Origin: Octopus bimaculoides
Lineage: Eukaryota
Reading direction: 5' to 3'
DNA: 64,000 nucleotides
Assembly: GCF_001194135.2 (NCBI RefSeq)
Contig: NC_069008.1
Coordinates: forward strand, 13,250,283-13,314,282
Positions within the stretch are counted from its first letter, which is position 1. Each line of letters begins with the position of its first letter. Positions 60,726-64,000 of the stretch are shown here, piece by piece. The notes beneath the pieces were generated by a model. It saw only the letters and a list, made by a program, of their open reading frames with translations. It was not told where the DNA came from and did not search any database. The position numbers were made by a program, and so were the translations under genes.

Positions 60726-61724
60726 AGCAGTATATATATACAGATATAGGGCAGGGAATTGCCAATTAGTTAATACACATGAGTCTATTAGCATTCTCAG
60801 ATTTATTGTGTACATCATGCTGATGAGTGGAAAAGAATTTTGTATTCTTAATCACGAAACGTCGTACATGATTAACTAAAGGCAAGTTTGTTTTTATTTT
60901 CTCTTCTGTTTTGTTCTATGTGTGCCGTAAATATCGCCATCCGTTAGAGAAAAAAATGTAGTTAGAATTAGTAGTTCTTTGACTGCTATTTCTAAATTTT
61001 CAGTATGTTGGTGAAGCAACTCATGCTGATCCCTATTGAAATGTGCATAGGTTTGGCTTATTGTGGTTGTTTCTGTTATTATAATTGTTGCTGCAATAAA
61101 GTATCTTCAATGCATTGATTTTGAGCTCTATCTTTTAAGAGACATGTATACATATATATATACAAAAACTCACCTGTGAGCTTTTTGCTAAGACTGTTAA
61201 CAGATACTATATATTTTGTANNNNNNNNNNNNNNNNNNNNNNNNNNNNNNNNNNNNNNNNNNNNNNNNNNNNNNNNNNNNNNNNNNNNNNNNNNNNNNNN
61301 NNNNNNNNNNNNNNNNNNNNNNNNNNNNNNNNNNNNNNNNNNNNNNNNNNNNNNNNNNNNNNNNNNNNNNNNNNNNNNNNNNNNNNNNNNNNNNNNNNNN
61401 NNNNNNNNNNNNNNNNNNNNNNNNNNNNNNNNNNNNNNNNATATATATATATATATATACAGTGGTCACAGCAAGAATACTTTTGATCATGTCTGCTTCA
61501 ACATGGCTGACCTGGAAAAGGGGTGTTCACTGAACAACAACAAACAATAAAAAGTAAAAAAAAAAAAGCAGATAACAGCTGTCTGTAAGTGAGTGAGTGG
61601 GGGCGGGAAGACGAAGATAGTGTCTCAAGGAATGTGGGCAAGGAGGACAAATGTCCCTCTATGTTTTTTTGTCTCTAGTTTTACTTAACCACGGGAGAAA
61701 AAAAACAAAAAAAGAAAACGAAGA

Positions 61725-61782
61725 AATGGCCGACGGTGTGTGACGTAGACATGACGTCATCGGCCATTAACATGGCGGCGCC
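61725..61782. promoter_or_regulatory. CpG-rich promoter-like island (CRE plus YY1-like motifs)
   Basis: TGACGTCA 61752-61759, TGACGTAG 61741, AACATGGCGGC 61769-61779, inverted AATGGCCGA/TCGGCCATT. Confidence 0.5.
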
Positions 61783-61989
61783 GTGTCTTATCAATTTGAC
61801 AGAGATGCCTGCGTCTCGAAATACCTGAATATGTTGGTACTGATGTTGCTGTTGTTATTATTATTATTAGTGGTGGTGGTGGTCGTTGGTGGGTTGTGGC
61901 GGTGATAGTGCTAGTGATTGTGATGTGGGAAGAGGATAACAATAGCGTATTGATATATATCACCTGTCCTCGTCTGTTGTTATTTTTTG

Positions 61990-62020
<31 letters not shown>

Positions 62021-62381
62021 ACACATAAAAGTCGATATGTGCGGGTGTATGTATGTACAAATGTAATAATGTATATATGTATGTGTGTGTGTATGTATCT
62101 CTGTATGTGTGAATGTAAGTTTGTATATACCCATAAACATACTCGCGCACACACGTACACATGCGTTATATAGTTATATAGTGTTTGTTTATATCACGAG
62201 GTCATTCGGTGCAGTTCTTCGTCCCCCCCCCCAGTTTTCAGGCTCTCTGATAAAATATCTCCGAATCATTCATAATTGTATGTAGGTAGACACACACATA
62301 CACAGAACACACATATTTATGTATACGTGTATGTATATGTATATGCATATAAATAGATAAATATATATATATATGTATGCG

Positions 62382-62472
<91 letters not shown>

Positions 62473-63249
62473 NNNNNNNNNNNNNNNNNNNNNNNNNNNN
62501 NNNNNNNNNNNNNNNNNNNNNNNNNNNNNNNNNNNNNNNNNNNNNNNNNNNNNNNNNNNNNNNNNNNNNNNNNNNNNNNNNNNNNNNNNNNNNNNNNNNN
62601 NNNNNNNNNNNNNNNNNNNNNNNNNNNNNNNNNNNNNNNNNNNNNNNNNNNNNNNNNNNNNNNNNNNNNNNNNNNNNNNNNNNNNNNNNNNNNNNNNNNN
62701 NNNNNNNNNNNNNNNNNNNNNNNNNNNNNNNNNNNNNNNNNNNNNNNNNNNNNNNNNNNNNNNNNNNNNNNNNNNNNNNNNNNNNNNNNNNNNNNNNNNN
62801 NNNNNNNNNNNNNNNNNNNNNNNNNNNNNNNNNNNNNNNNNNNNNNNNNNNNNNNNNNNNNNNNNNNNNNNNNNNNNNNNNNNNNNNNNNNNNNNNNNNN
62901 NNNNNNNNNNNNNNNNNNNNNNNNNNNNNNNNNNNNNNNNNNNNNNNNNNNNNNNNNNNNNNNNNNNNNNNNNNNNNNNNNNNNNNNNNNNNNNNNNNNN
63001 TATATATATAATTCGATTAGAGGTTGCGTTAACCTCATGAAAGGATGGTTTAATCCAAGGAAACACTGGTTCAATAACTAGTATTTTGGGGGGAATTAAT
63101 TTCCATAAAACCAACCTTGCCTCGGAGGAGAAGAGAACATTCTAGGAGCAATCTCATGGTCATTCATGAGCGAAAGGGATTTTTACTCTACACGGTACGG
63201 AGTCGACTGCCACAATATAATAATTAATATCTTTTTCTGGTGCTCCGAT

Positions 63250-63980
63250 ATTTAGCCATCCGATATTTAAAAAAAAAACTAGCTTTAGAGATACTTCTTC
63301 CAATTCCTATTTTTTTTTTACATGTTCACTTGCGTGACTTTGCAATAGCTAAATACTAACGTACGTGCTTTCGCGGTGGTGTTTAGTCCAGGGGTTTTCA
63401 ACCATTTTTTTAAATATATGGACCCCTTCGATTACTATTTTATTCTGATGGACCCCAGTGGCCATTCGATATTTAAAAACTAGCTTTATAGAATCTTCTT
63501 TCAAACTTAGGTTGAACTATGTAAAATGTTTGAGAAGAATCCAGGCTTCTTTCTTGCAATACATCTAAAGCAAATTTTTTTCAGGGGCCTGTGAAATGCT
63601 TCCTTCGATCTCCAATTTACTATTTTGCTTTTGTGGACCCCTTTTGATAACTATTTCATTCTGGTGGACCGCTCATAACCATTCTTTCAAATTCCTTTCA
63701 AATTGCTATTTTGTTTTTCACACATTAACTTGTGTAGGTTGAACTATGTAAAATGTTAGAGAAAGAAACCTGGCTGTTTCTTGCAATGCTTACCAATACT
63801 TACATCTAAAGCAATTTTTTTTCTGGGGCCCTCAAAAAACTACGGTAAATCCCCAATTTACTATTTTGCTTTCGTGGTCCCTCTTTTAATACCATTTCAT
63901 TCAGGTGCATCCCATAGCCATTCAGTGCTTAGAAGCTAGTTTTATAGAAACTTTCAAATTTTCCATTTTGTTTTTCACAC
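63250..63980. repeat. Diverged about 230-bp tandem repeats with a hAT-like end
   Basis: CAGGGGTTTTCAACC at 63389; TAGGTTGAACTATGTAAAATGTT repeated at about 63506 and 63736. Confidence 0.5.
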
Positions 63981-64000
63981 GGGCGTAGGAGTGGCTGTGT

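Noticed and set aside
47586-63114. Long ORFs made of X, HT, YI or CV runs
   Set aside because: Artefacts of N gaps and microsatellites.

Overview
AT-rich animal genomic DNA with many N gaps and (AT)n/(GT)n/(TAA)n microsatellites. The SINE families and KRAB-less tandem C2H2 genes point to an octopus (coleoid cephalopod) genome; this is inference, not a database match. The window holds four multi-finger C2H2 zinc-finger ORFs (2244-3290 +, 9702-10901 -, 18194-19081 +, 44951-46048 -) and a truncated ZNF fragment (24715-24996 -). These sit among dense transposon debris: several tRNA-derived SINE families, RTE, R4/Dong, CR1-like and Penelope-like retroelement fragments, mariner/Tc1/maT, Helitron, and Merlin-like MITEs. 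Two results are not visible in the ORF track. (1) A tRNA-headed SINE-like element carries a minimal type I hammerhead ribozyme. Six copies of the motif are present, including a head-to-tail tandem at 42118-42659, and a second unrelated hammerhead is nested inside one copy. (2) A phase-consistent three-exon gene (25496-25498, 34555-34711, 38462-38547) is predicted to encode an 81-aa protein behind an ETS plus RFX X-box promoter. Other observations include a SINE that rewrote a ZNF C-terminus, a frameshift-rescued ZNF start, several long foldback palindromes and a 3x56-bp higher-order satellite. All calls were made by eye, and TE boundaries are approximate unless TSDs are given.
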